This document shows positions 28,540-38,160 of a DNA stretch of 64,000 nucleotides, in pieces; position 1 is the stretch's first letter, and each line of letters starts with the position of its first letter. Both the position numbers and the translations under genes were made by a program. Under the pieces are notes generated by a model. The model did not search any database. It saw nothing but the letters and a program-made list of their open reading frames with translations, and had not been told where the DNA came from. The DNA comes from Verrucomicrobiia bacterium (lineage in GTDB: Bacteria > Acidobacteriota > Polarisedimenticolia > Gp22-AA2): contig DASRAU010000021.1 of NCBI GenBank assembly GCA_035638075.1, positions 73,230-137,229 on the forward strand, read 5' to 3'.

Positions 28540-31500
28540 TCAACCGGCCATCCCCAATCTCGGCGGCACGTTGACGGGCCTCCAGACCTTCAGGTAGAGC
28601 AGCGGCAGTACCAGCAGGTTGAGGAGGGTGGACGACACCAGCCCCCCGACGATCACCACCGCCATCGGATGCTCGATCTCCTGCCCGGCGCGGGCCCCGC
28701 CGACGACCAGGGGGACGAGGGCGAGACCGGTCACGAGCGCGGTCATCAGGACCGGGGCGAGCCGGTCGAGACAGCCGGCGAGCACGAGATCCCGCCCGGG
28801 CGCCATCCCCTCGACCGTCTCGAGGCGGCGGAAGCGCGACACCAGCATCAATCCGTTGCGCACCGAGAGGCCGAACAGGGTGACGAACCCGACGAGCGAG
28901 CCGATGGACAGGCGCCCTCCCGAAAGCGCCGCGGCGGCGACCCCTCCGACCAGCGCCAGGGGCACGTTGGCGAGCATCACGAGCGCCAGGCGCGACGAAC
29001 CCGACTCGAGCAGGAGCACCAGGAAGACCCCGGCGCCGGCGCAGAGGGAGAACAGGAGCAGCTCGCGGCGCGTCTCGCGCTCGACCTCGTACTCCCCGCC
29101 CCAGGCGCGTACGTAGCCTTCCGGGAGGGGCCGCGACTCGACGCGGCGGCGGGCCTCCTCGACGAATCCGCCGATGTCCCGCCCCTCGACCGAGGCGGCG
29201 ACGATCGCCTGCCGCGTCCCCCCTTCGCGCTCGATGGCGGCCGGCTCGCTGCCGATGCTCACCCGCGCCAGCGAGGCCAGCGGCACGCGGCCTCCGTCGG
29301 GGGTGTCGATGGCGAGCGCTTCGATCGCCGACACGTCTCCCGGCGGCCCTTCGCCGGCGCGCACCCAGATGTCGAAGACCCGCTGTCCTTCGAAGACCTG
29401 CCCGGCCCGCACCCCCCACAGCGCGATCGTCACCGCCCGGCGCAGTCCTTCCATGGTCAGCCCGTGCCGCGCCGCCGCCGCCCGATCGAAGGCGATGTTC
29501 ACCTGCGGGATGAAGGCCTGGCGCTCCGCCTGCACCTGCGCCGCCCCCGGCACCGCGGCGAGAGTCGCCGCGTCCCGCTCCGCCTCCGAGCGCAGCACCT
29601 CGAGGTCGGGGCCGGCGAGCCGCAGCACCACCGGCGCCCGCACGCCGGTGATCACCTCCTCCATCCGCTCCCGCAGGAATTGCCTGACGGTGAAGACGAA
29701 CCCGGGGACTTTCTCGAGCCGCCGGCGCACCGCCCTTAGCACCGCGTCGTAGCGGCCGAGGGACGGGTCGAGCGCCAGGAGCAGCTCGCCGTTCTCCGGC
29801 CCCCAGGTGTCTTCCCCCAGCTCGGCGCGCCCCGCCTTGAGCGCCGTCGAGCGCACCCCCGGTACCGTGCGCAGGTTGCCCTCGAGCTCGCGCCCCGCCG
29901 CGACCGAGCGCTCGAGCGCGGTGCCGTACGGGGCGATGAGGTGGACGATGAGGTCCGCCTCCTGGAAATCGGGAAGGAGTTCGACGCCGAAGCGCGGGAC
30001 GAGCAGCGCCGCCGCGGCCACGAGGGCGCCTGTGGCCGCGATCGCCGGCCACGGGCGATGGAGCAGCGGCCGCAGCGCCGCCGCGTAGCCGCGCTTGAGC
30101 GCGTGCAGGAGCGGGCTGCCGCTCCGCGCGGCGCTCTTGTCCGTCAGCAGGAACGACGCCAGGGCCGGGGTCACGGTCACGGCCACGAGGAGCGATGCGA
30201 GCGTGGCGAGGACATAGGCGGCGCCGAGCGGCGCGAACAGGCTCCCCTGCAGCCCGCTCAGGAAGAACAGCGGCGTGACCGCGATCACCACGATGCCGGT
30301 GGCGTGCACGATGGCGCCGCGCACCTCGACCGACGCGGAGAGCAGCACGCCCTGGCGCGGCTCGTCCGTGCCGCGCGTCTGCCGCTCGCGCAGCCGCCGC
30401 AGGATGTTCTCGACGTCGATGATGGCGTCGTCGACCACTTCTCCCAGGGCGATCGCCAGCCCGCCGAGGGTCATCGTGTTGAGCGTCGCCCCCGCGCCCC
30501 GCAGCACGGCGATCGCCGCGAGCAGCGACAGCGGGATGGCGGCCAGGCTGATCGCGGTCGTGCGCAGGTCGAAGAGGAACAGGAACAGCACGATGGTCAC
30601 GAGCAGGGCGCCGGTGAGAAGCGCGTGCCGCAGGTTCCGGATGGCCCGCTCGACGAAGGTGGCCTGCCGGAAAAGATGCGGCGTGAGGGTCACCTGGGGG
30701 GGGAGGGCGCGGCGGATCTCCTCGATCGCCGTCTCCAGTGCCCGGGTCGCTTCGAGGGTGTTGGCGCGCGGCGCCTTGTCGATCTCGAGGATGACGCCGG
30801 GCGTCCCGTTCACCGTGGCGTCGCCGACCTTGTACTCCGCGCCTGCGCGGATGGTGGCGACCTGGTCGAGCCGCACCGGGACGCCGTCCCGAAACGCGAC
30901 GAGCGCGGCGCGCAGGTCGTCGATTGACGCGATGCGTCCCTCGGCGCGGATCGGCAGCGACTGCTCCCCCGTCTCGACGAACCCCGCCGCCGCCAGGGCG
31001 GTGCTGTCCGACGCGGCGGCGACCGCCTGGTCGAGCGACAGGCCGAAGGCGCGCAGCGAAGCGGGAGACAGGAGCACCTGGTCCTGCCTCACCCCCCCGC
31101 CGAAGACGGTGACACGGGCCACGCCGGGTACCGCCAGGAAGCGCGGCTTCAGCGTCCAGTCGGCGAGCGCGCGCAGCTCGAGCGCGTCGAACCCGGCCGC
31201 CCCGGTCAGCCCCACGTCGAGCAGGGTGCTCGACGCCGAGACCGTCGGGGTGATCGCCGGTGGCTCGACGCCGGCCGGCAGCTGGCGCGCCGCGATCGCC
31301 AGCCGCTCGGCGACCGCCTGCCGCGCCTCGGGCACCGAGACGGCGTCGGAGAAAATACAGGTCAGCGCCGAGATCCCGGCCGCCGATGTCGAGCGCATGG
31401 TCCGCAGCCCCGGCGCCCCGTTGATGGCGTGCTCGAGCGGGATGCTGACGAGGGATTCGACCTCGGCCGCCGAGAAGCCGGGGGCCTCGGTCTGGATCGA

Positions 31501-31641
31501 CACCTCGGTCGGAGCGAACTCGGGGAAGACGTCGATGGGCGCCGTCGCCGCCAGGCGCACGCCCGGCAGCAGGAGAATCAGCGCCGCGGCCACGACGATG
31601 CCGCGGTGCGTGAGCGAAAACCCGACGATCCGGGCGAGCAC
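28540..31641 (-). CDS. czcA: Heavy-metal efflux RND transporter, CzcA/CusA family
   Basis: N-terminus MLARIVGFSLTHRGIVVAAALILLL matches the CzcA start. 12-TM RND architecture with two large periplasmic loops over ~1030 aa. Confidence 0.85.
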   Translation of the reverse strand: MLARIVGFSLTHRGIVVAAALILLLPGVRLAATAPIDVFPEFAPTEVSIQTEAPGFSAAEVESLVSIPLEHAINGAPGLRTMRSTSAAGISALTCIFSDAVSVPEARQAVAERLAIAARQLPAGVEPPAITPTVSASSTLLDVGLTGAAGFDALELRALADWTLKPRFLAVPGVARVTVFGGGVRQDQVLLSPASLRAFGLSLDQAVAAASDSTALAAAGFVETGEQSLPIRAEGRIASIDDLRAALVAFRDGVPVRLDQVATIRAGAEYKVGDATVNGTPGVILEIDKAPRANTLEATRALETAIEEIRRALPPQVTLTPHLFRQATFVERAIRNLRHALLTGALLVTIVLFLFLFDLRTTAISLAAIPLSLLAAIAVLRGAGATLNTMTLGGLAIALGEVVDDAIIDVENILRRLRERQTRGTDEPRQGVLLSASVEVRGAIVHATGIVVIAVTPLFFLSGLQGSLFAPLGAAYVLATLASLLVAVTVTPALASFLLTDKSAARSGSPLLHALKRGYAAALRPLLHRPWPAIAATGALVAAAALLVPRFGVELLPDFQEADLIVHLIAPYGTALERSVAAGRELEGNLRTVPGVRSTALKAGRAELGEDTWGPENGELLLALDPSLGRYDAVLRAVRRRLEKVPGFVFTVRQFLRERMEEVITGVRAPVVLRLAGPDLEVLRSEAERDAATLAAVPGAAQVQAERQAFIPQVNIAFDRAAAARHGLTMEGLRRAVTIALWGVRAGQVFEGQRVFDIWVRAGEGPPGDVSAIEALAIDTPDGGRVPLASLARVSIGSEPAAIEREGGTRQAIVAASVEGRDIGGFVEEARRRVESRPLPEGYVRAWGGEYEVERETRRELLLFSLCAGAGVFLVLLLESGSSRLALVMLANVPLALVGGVAAAALSGGRLSIGSLVGFVTLFGLSVRNGLMLVSRFRRLETVEGMAPGRDLVLAGCLDRLAPVLMTALVTGLALVPLVVGGARAGQEIEHPMAVVIVGGLVSSTLLNLLVLPLLYLKVWRPVNVPPRLGMAG

Positions 31642-31652
31642 GGCCGAGGCTC

Positions 31653-32648
31653 CTAGGAGCCGCCGGCATCACCGCCGGCCGGCTCTTCGTCGTCGTCCCC
31701 GGCGAGCCCCTGCCGGGCCTTGAGCCACTCCCCCCAGAGGCGGCTGGCGCCGCGCACCACGACCGACTCGCCCGGCTGGAGGCCGGAGAGGATTTCGCTC
31801 CGTCCGGCCGCCTCGGCCCCGACCGTCACGTCGGCACGCTCGTAGCCGCCGGGGCGGCGCACGAACAGGACGCGTCCCGCCTCGGCGTACAGCAGGGCCG
31901 CCGTCGGGACGCTGAGGGCCTCGCGCTTCGCCACTTCGATGGTCGCCGTGCCGAGGCTCTGCGGGCGCAGGACGCGGCGCGGGTCCTCGACGGCGATCCG
32001 CCCGGTGAGGGTGCGCGTCTGCGGCTTGACGAAGCGGGCGAGGGAGACGACGCGCCCGCGGAAGCGGGCGTCGGGGAGCGACTCGACCGTGATCCAGGCG
32101 GTGTTCCCGGCGCTCACGGCGCTGGCGTGCGCCTCGTCGATCTCGGCCAGCGCCCAGATGGCGGCCTGGCCGCGCGCCGGAGAGTTCCCCGGTCCCAGGC
32201 CGAGGCGATCGAGCGCCGCTTCCGCCCGCTGGCGATCCACCCGCGCCTGCGCCGCCTCCGCCTCGGCCGCCTGCACCGCCTTGGCAGCCACCACCTCGCG
32301 CGCCAGAAGCCCACGGAGCCGCTGCAGCTCGGCGTCGGTGCGAACCTCGCGCGCCTTCGCCGCCTCAAAGTCGAGCCGCGCTTCGATCTCCTCGGGGGTG
32401 TCGGGGGTCGGAGAGAGGCGGCACGGAACCGTCACGCCGACCGCGAACGGTCCGGGCTGCACCACTTCGGTCTCGATCCCGGCGGCCTGCTCGGCCTCGG
32501 GAGTCAAAAGGACGAGCCGCGGCCCCTTCGCACCCTTGTCGTCCGCGGCCTCGTGGTGCTCGTTGTCGCTCTGCGACTCGCGCCGGCAGGCCGGCGTGAT
32601 CGCCGCGACCGCGAGAAAGACCAGGAGGGCCGCGGGCCGGAGCCTCAT
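31653..32648 (-). CDS. czcB: Efflux RND periplasmic adaptor (membrane fusion protein), CzcB-like
   Basis: Lipoprotein-type signal (LLVFLAVAAITPAC). Coiled-coil region then beta-barrel/MP domains (RVVSLARFVKPQTRTLTGRIAV). ATGA overlap with czcC. Confidence 0.75.
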   Translation of the reverse strand: MRLRPAALLVFLAVAAITPACRRESQSDNEHHEAADDKGAKGPRLVLLTPEAEQAAGIETEVVQPGPFAVGVTVPCRLSPTPDTPEEIEARLDFEAAKAREVRTDAELQRLRGLLAREVVAAKAVQAAEAEAAQARVDRQRAEAALDRLGLGPGNSPARGQAAIWALAEIDEAHASAVSAGNTAWITVESLPDARFRGRVVSLARFVKPQTRTLTGRIAVEDPRRVLRPQSLGTATIEVAKREALSVPTAALLYAEAGRVLFVRRPGGYERADVTVGAEAAGRSEILSGLQPGESVVVRGASRLWGEWLKARQGLAGDDDEEPAGGDAGGS

Positions 32649-33904
32649 CGCTCCTCCGTGCGGGCGTCGCCGCCGAGGGCGCGGGTGAGCCGGGCCGCCT
32701 GCAGCGCGGCCTCGAGACGGGCGCGCAACGACTCCTCGCGCAGCGCCAGGACGGTGCGCCTGGCGTCGAGATAGTCGAGCAGGCCCGTCTCGCCCGCCTG
32801 GTACGCCTGGCGCGCCAGGTCGAGCATGGTCTCGGCGTCCTTCAGGAGATCCCCGGTGAGGAGCGTCTGCTGATCGCGCGCCGCCCGGAAGCGGTGCCAG
32901 GTCTCGGCGACGGTGCGCGTCGCCTGCAGCCGCTCCGCCTCCACGTCCGACTTCGCCGCGTCGCGCGCCGCCTCGGCCGCGGCGATGCCCCCCTGGTTGC
33001 GATCCCACAGCGGCAGGCGCACGGCGAGCCCGAGCCCCACGTACGACTGCCCTTCTTCGCGTCCCAGCGTCGGGCCCAGGGCGAACTCCGGGCGGCGCTC
33101 GGCGCGGGCGCGCTCGGCGCCATGGGCGGCCGCTTCCGCCCGGTGCGCCGCGGCGGCGAGGCGCGGCTCCGACGCGAGCGCTCTCGCCACGAGATCGTCG
33201 AGCGCCTCTTCCGCCGTGGTGTCCCCCGGCGGGGCGACGAAGCGGGCCGGAGCGTCAGCCGGACGACCGAGGAGCAGGTTCAAGGACGCCGTCTCGGCCC
33301 CGAGGTCGCCCCGCGCCCGGGCGGCCTGCGCCTCCGCCCGGCTGGACTCGATCGCCGCCCGGCGCGCCTCGAAGGGCGGCGCGTCGCCGGCCGCGACCCG
33401 CGCCTCCGCCCCCTGCCGCAGCTCCTGCGCCGCCTGCAGGTCCTCTTCCTTCACCCCGGCGATGGCCGCCGCGAAGGCGGCGCGCATCCAGGCGCTGCGA
33501 ATCTCCAGGAGGAGATCGCAGCGGACCTGCTCGCGCGTCCGCTCCGCCGCGGCGAGGCGCTCCTGAGCCTCGGCGCGCGCCGCGTCACGCAGCTTTCCCC
33601 ACGGCAGCGGCTGCCGCAGCGACAGGACCGTCTCCTTCGGCCCGTCGCCGTTGGTGAACCGGGTCCCGTCGAGGACCAGGTCGGGATTGGGATAGAGACC
33701 GACCTGCTCGAGGCGTCCCTGCGCCTCGCGCACCTGCGCCTCGGCGGCGAGAAGCGACGGGCTGGCCGCCTCCCCCAGCCGTTCCGCGTCGGCGAGGGTC
33801 AGCGGTGCGTCGGGCTCAGGGGCCGCGATCGCCGGCGAGGCGACGACGAGCGCGAGAAGGAAGGCAGCGGACCAGCCGGCCCCTGAAGGCCGGCTCCGGA
33901 TCAC
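32645..33904 (-). CDS. czcC: Outer-membrane efflux protein (TolC/CzcC family)
   Basis: GTG start gives the signal peptide MIRSRPSGAGWSAAFLLALVVASPAIA. Two OEP repeats with the characteristic Ala/Glu/Arg-rich coiled coils. Confidence 0.75.
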   Translation of the reverse strand: MIRSRPSGAGWSAAFLLALVVASPAIAAPEPDAPLTLADAERLGEAASPSLLAAEAQVREAQGRLEQVGLYPNPDLVLDGTRFTNGDGPKETVLSLRQPLPWGKLRDAARAEAQERLAAAERTREQVRCDLLLEIRSAWMRAAFAAAIAGVKEEDLQAAQELRQGAEARVAAGDAPPFEARRAAIESSRAEAQAARARGDLGAETASLNLLLGRPADAPARFVAPPGDTTAEEALDDLVARALASEPRLAAAAHRAEAAAHGAERARAERRPEFALGPTLGREEGQSYVGLGLAVRLPLWDRNQGGIAAAEAARDAAKSDVEAERLQATRTVAETWHRFRAARDQQTLLTGDLLKDAETMLDLARQAYQAGETGLLDYLDARRTVLALREESLRARLEAALQAARLTRALGGDARTEER

Positions 33905-34650
33905 GATGCGGCGCGACGCGCGTGCCCGCCCAGGGCGCCGCGCTTCTTGAGAGCGCGCGCGGTCGCGTAGCCGAGCAGGGCGAGCCCCCAGACGCCCGCG
34001 AGCAGCACGACGCGCGCCTTGAAGGCCTCGGGCTCGAGCTGGAGGCGCGACTCCAGCGTCACGATGAGCACGAGCATCGTCACCCACGCGAAGGTGGAGC
34101 CGTACTCCTTGCGCACCACCTTGGCCCAGTCGAAGGAGAGCCCTTCGAAGGTGCGCCCGAGACCGCGCAGGTCCGGCAGGAAGCGCGGCACCCGGCGCAG
34201 GTAGTCCTCGTAGGCCGCGCCGAAGCGGCCGGCGAGGAACGCCTCCTCGGCCAGCGTGATGGCGAGGTAGGCGAAGACGAAGAAGCCGATGCCGAGACCG
34301 ACCACCCACGGCGAGCCGTGCACCAGGAACAGCCCCGCCAGGATGAGGACGTTGCCGACATACAGCGGGTTGCGGCAGTGTGCGAAGAGCCCGTCGGTCA
34401 CGAGATCGTCGGCGTGGATGCGGCGGTTCTGGCCGCCCCGCTTGATGTAGGCGAAGCCGATGACCGCCACCCGCAGCCCCTGCCCCAGGACGAGGAGCAG
34501 CAGGCCGAGCGCGTCGCCGTCATCGGGACCGCCGGCCCGCGGCCACGGCCGCGGGGCGAACCCGAAGACGAGCAGCACCTGCACCGCCGGGAAGAGGATC
34601 TCCCGCCAGCGGAAGAAGAAGTTCCCGGCCGGAACCAGGAGGCGCTTCAC
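33901..34650 (-). CDS. Integral-membrane SAM-dependent methyltransferase of the ICMT/PEMT family
   Basis: C-terminal ICMT signature LVTDGLFAHCRNPLYVGNVLILAG...EEAFLAGRFGAAYEDYLRRVPRFLP and several TM helices. GTG start overlaps the cmoA stop. The start is tentative. Confidence 0.6.
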   Translation of the reverse strand: MKRLLVPAGNFFFRWREILFPAVQVLLVFGFAPRPWPRAGGPDDGDALGLLLLVLGQGLRVAVIGFAYIKRGGQNRRIHADDLVTDGLFAHCRNPLYVGNVLILAGLFLVHGSPWVVGLGIGFFVFAYLAITLAEEAFLAGRFGAAYEDYLRRVPRFLPDLRGLGRTFEGLSFDWAKVVRKEYGSTFAWVTMLVLIVTLESRLQLEPEAFKARVVLLAGVWGLALLGYATARALKKRGALGGHARRAAS

Positions 34651-35501
34651 GTCGACGCCACGATGCCGCAGAAGTTGTACCACTTGAAGAAGGTGTCGGC
34701 CTGCGAGAAGCCGCAGCGCGCCAGGAGCTCCCGGTTCTCGTCGAGACGGTAGGGGATGAGGACGTTCTCCAGCGCCTCGCGCTTCTGCGCGATCTCGAGG
34801 CGCGTGTAGCCGTTGCGCTCCTTCAGGCCGTAGTAGTGGTCGATCCACAGGCGGTTGAAGAGGGGCGTGTCCCCCAGCACCTTCTCGACCATGATGAGAC
34901 AGCCGCCGTCCACGAGCCCGCGCCGCACGTCGTGCAGCAGGCGCTCGCGCTGCAGCGGCCGGACGAACTGCAGCGTCAGGACCAGGAGCGCGACCGACAC
35001 CCCCTCGAGCGGCAGGCTCTTGTTCAGGTCGGCGCACAAAAGCTCGACCGGGCGGCGCACCTTGCGCTCGGCGAGCTTGGTCCGCGCCTTCGCCAGCATC
35101 TCCTCCGACGAGTCGACCCCGATGAAACGCAGATCGAGATCGGCGGGCAGCAGGCGGTCGAGCGCCACGATCGAGGTCGCGGTGGAGCAGCCGAGATCGA
35201 CGACGGCGGTGCCGGGCCGCGCGAAATCGCACGCCAGCTCGGCGACCATCTCCTGGATCACCCGGTAGTGCGGCACCGAGCGGTCCAGCATGTCGTCGAA
35301 GACCGCGGCGGTGTCGCGCCCGAAATCGAAGTCCTCGATCTTGCCGCGCTTCTCCGCGAACACCTGGTCGCGGGCGACTTCGGGCGACATCGCCTCGCGC
35401 ACCACCTGGTCGCGCGCGGGCGCCGGGACGCGCTGGGTGGGATCCGCCAGGGCGGTCTCGCGCTCGAGTGCCGGGCGGGGGGGACGGGAGTGTGTGTCCA
35501 T
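34647..35501 (-). CDS. cmoA: Carboxy-S-adenosyl-L-methionine synthase (CmoA-like)
   Basis: Collinear with E. coli CmoA end to end: FDFGRDTAAVFDDMLDRSVPHYRVIQEMV (cf. [29 protein letters not shown]), VVDLGCSTATS, and the C-terminal NGYTRLEIAQKREALENVLIPYRLDEN...FFKWYNFCGIVA block. RBS GAGGTGA before ATG 35501. Alternative start at 35390. Confidence 0.75.
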   Translation of the reverse strand: MDTHSRPPRPALERETALADPTQRVPAPARDQVVREAMSPEVARDQVFAEKRGKIEDFDFGRDTAAVFDDMLDRSVPHYRVIQEMVAELACDFARPGTAVVDLGCSTATSIVALDRLLPADLDLRFIGVDSSEEMLAKARTKLAERKVRRPVELLCADLNKSLPLEGVSVALLVLTLQFVRPLQRERLLHDVRRGLVDGGCLIMVEKVLGDTPLFNRLWIDHYYGLKERNGYTRLEIAQKREALENVLIPYRLDENRELLARCGFSQADTFFKWYNFCGIVAST

Positions 35502-35506
35502 GCGGC

Positions 35507-36631
35507 TCACCTCGTGTGAAGGGTCTTCGTCGCGGTCGTGGCGAGGCCCAGCCCCTCCACCAGGGCGGAGTAGGCGGGCAGATCGAGCTGCTGGAAGCCG
35601 TCGGAGAGGGCCCGGTCGGGAGCGTCGTGCACCTCCACCATGATCCCGTCGGCCCCGGCCGCGAGCGAGGCGCGGCCGCAGGGCAGGACGATGTCGCGCC
35701 GCCCCAGCGCGTGGCTCAGGTCGACGATCACCGGGAGCGAAGTCTCGAGCTTGAGGATCGGGATGGCCGAGATGTCGAGGGTGTTGCGCGTCGCCCGCTC
35801 GAAGGTGCGGATGCCGCGCTCGCACAGGATCACCCGGTCGTTGCCGTGCGACAGGATGTACTCCGCCGACAGCAGCAGCTCCTCGAGCGTGGCGCTGAAG
35901 GCGCGCTTGAGCAGGACCGGCTTGCCGATCTTCCCCAGCGCCTTGAGCAGCTCGGTGTTGTACATGTTGCGCGCCCCGACCTGGAGCATGTCGCAGTACT
36001 CGGCCACCAGCGGCAGGGTGGCGACGTCGAGGACCTCGGTGACCGTCGCCAGCCCGTGCCTGCGTCCGACCCGCTGCATCAGCCGCAGCCCCTCCTCGCG
36101 CAGCCCCTGGAAAGAGTAGGGGTTGGTGCGCGGCTTGAAGGCGCCGCCGCGCAGGAGGGTCGGCACCGGCATCGAGGCCAGGTGCGCCGCCACCCGCTCC
36201 ATCTGCTCCTCATCCTCGACGGCACAGGGGCCCGCGAACATCACCGGCTTGCCTCCGCCGATGGCCACGTTCCCCACCAGGAGACCCCCGGGCCCGACCA
36301 GCCCGCGCTGCCGCACCTTGAGGGCGTCCCGGCGCGTCTTCTCCTGCACGCCGAGGGAGGTCCGGAAGATCGCCTTGAACACCTCGCCGATCTCGAACGG
36401 GCCGAAAGCGCCGCTCGGGCGCGACTGCAGCGCCTGCAGCATCTCGTCCTCACGCCCGGGATCGTGCCCGTCGAGCCCCTGCGCCTGCTTCAGGCGCGCG
36501 ATCGCCACCACGACGTCGGCCCGCTCCTTGAGCAGGTCGAGCAGCTTGTCGTTGAGACGGTCGATCTCGGCGCGCAGCCCCTTGAGGTCGCGATCTCCTC
36601 CCTTCACGTTGCCTCCCTTCGTCCGGCTCAC
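35507..36631 (-). CDS. Bifunctional chorismate mutase (AroQ) / 3-deoxy-7-phosphoheptulonate synthase (type I-beta, AroA(G)-like)
   Basis: N-terminal AroQ domain (LKGLRAEIDRLNDKLLDLLKERADVVVAIARLK...DPGREDEML) fused to a KDO8PS-like DAHP synthase (PVMFAGPCAVEDEEQ...LLRGGAFKPRTNPYSFQGL...GADGIMVEVH). Confidence 0.85.
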   Translation of the reverse strand: MSRTKGGNVKGGDRDLKGLRAEIDRLNDKLLDLLKERADVVVAIARLKQAQGLDGHDPGREDEMLQALQSRPSGAFGPFEIGEVFKAIFRTSLGVQEKTRRDALKVRQRGLVGPGGLLVGNVAIGGGKPVMFAGPCAVEDEEQMERVAAHLASMPVPTLLRGGAFKPRTNPYSFQGLREEGLRLMQRVGRRHGLATVTEVLDVATLPLVAEYCDMLQVGARNMYNTELLKALGKIGKPVLLKRAFSATLEELLLSAEYILSHGNDRVILCERGIRTFERATRNTLDISAIPILKLETSLPVIVDLSHALGRRDIVLPCGRASLAAGADGIMVEVHDAPDRALSDGFQQLDLPAYSALVEGLGLATTATKTLHTR

Positions 36632-38160
36632 GCCGACACCACGCGCGGACCGCTGACCTGGATGGACAGCACCCGATCGGGACCGAGGCTCGGCTCGACC
36701 CGGTAGCCCAGGGTGGAGCAGAGCGAACGGACGAGCGTCAGCCCCAGACCGGCATGCTGGCCGCCTCCGCCGCGCGCCTCGTCCTTGCGCCAGAAGCGAT
36801 CGAACAGCCGTCCGACGTCCTCCTGGCGCAGCGCGGGGGCCGGGTTCGACACCGACAGGCGGAAGCCGGGCTCCTCGACGCTGACGGCGCAGGCGACCGC
36901 CGATCCCTGCGGCGCGTACTCGATGGCGTTGCCGAGCAGGTTCTGCAGGATGAGCCGCAGCATGCCGACGTCGGTCACGAGCACCCCCTGGCCGCGCGCC
37001 TGCAGATCGAGCGACAGGCCGCGCTCCGCGGCGCGCGCCTTCAGGCGCTCCCAGACGCCGCGCGTCAGGTCCTCGAGCACCGCCTCCTCCGGATTGAGCG
37101 TGTCCGCCCCGGCCTCGGAGCGCGCCAAGGCGAGCAGGTTGGCGATGAGCCCTTCCATCTGCCCGGCGACGTGCTCGACGTCGCCGAAGAAGGCGCGGAT
37201 CGCCTCGGTGTCCCCCGGCCAGCGGGCCGCCACCTCGGCGAGGTTCCGGAGCTCGGCCACCGGCGTGCGCAGCTCGTGCGCCACGTTGCTCGAGAAGAGA
37301 CGCTCGCGCTCGAGCGCCTGCTTGAGACGTTCGAGGAGATCGTCGACGCGGCAGGCCAGCGGCGTCACCTCCACCGGCAGCCCGGCCGTGCCGACGCGGC
37401 TGTCGAGGTTGCCCGGCTCGAGCGCCGCCACCCGGTCGGCCAGCCGCTCGATCGGCGCGACCGTCGAGGAGACCGCCCAGCGGACGACGACGATGAGACC
37501 CGCGACGAAGGCGATGGCGGCGCCGCCCAGGACCGCGCGCACCCGGCCGATCGCCATGCGGAGATCGACGACGTCGCGCGCCAGCGCCAGCGTCATGGTC
37601 GTCCTGAGGCTCGCGGGCAGCGACGCCGCGTCGACATAGTGCTCCTCGCCCCGGGCGTCGCGCACGACATAGCGCGGCTCGAATTCGAGCAGGATGTACC
37701 GCCCTTCGCGTCCGTCGGGCAGGCGCCGGTTGTAGAGGCGCGGCATGGCGCCGTCTCCACCGTGGCGCTTCAGGTGCTCCCCTTCGCCGAGGGAGGGGGA
37801 CGTCCGCCAGCTGGCGCCGCGCCCGTCCCAGACCTCGTAGTACTCGGGGTTGCGGGCGCGCTGGAACTCCGGCAGGGCGCTGCCGACGGCCTCGAACTCC
37901 AGCTCCTCGCCGTTGCGCTCCGTGAGGGTGGCGATGACCCGCGCCTGTTCCGCCAGGTCGGCGTCGAAATCGCGCCGCAGCCGCGACTCCAGGACGAGGT
38001 CCGCCATGAGCCCCAGGCCCAGGGCGAGCGCCGCCGCCCCGCCGCCGGTCAGGAGTCCGAGCCGGCGCCGCAGCGACCAGTCGCCCGGGCGCGCCGGCTT
38101 ACTCGACGACATAGCCGTGGCCGCGGCGTGTCTGGATGATTCCGGGGCTCTCGGGGACAC
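36628..38160 (-). CDS. Heavy-metal sensor histidine kinase (CusS/CzcS family)
   Basis: Two TM helices flank a periplasmic domain carrying the YYEVWDGRG motif typical of heavy-metal sensor kinases. HisKA box SSNVAHELRTPVAEL. HATPase_c (NLLGNAIEYAP...GLGLTLVRSL). Start could instead be 38112. Confidence 0.8.
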   Translation of the reverse strand: MSPRAPESSRHAAATAMSSSKPARPGDWSLRRRLGLLTGGGAAALALGLGLMADLVLESRLRRDFDADLAEQARVIATLTERNGEELEFEAVGSALPEFQRARNPEYYEVWDGRGASWRTSPSLGEGEHLKRHGGDGAMPRLYNRRLPDGREGRYILLEFEPRYVVRDARGEEHYVDAASLPASLRTTMTLALARDVVDLRMAIGRVRAVLGGAAIAFVAGLIVVVRWAVSSTVAPIERLADRVAALEPGNLDSRVGTAGLPVEVTPLACRVDDLLERLKQALERERLFSSNVAHELRTPVAELRNLAEVAARWPGDTEAIRAFFGDVEHVAGQMEGLIANLLALARSEAGADTLNPEEAVLEDLTRGVWERLKARAAERGLSLDLQARGQGVLVTDVGMLRLILQNLLGNAIEYAPQGSAVACAVSVEEPGFRLSVSNPAPALRQEDVGRLFDRFWRKDEARGGGGQHAGLGLTLVRSLCSTLGYRVEPSLGPDRVLSIQVSGPRVVSA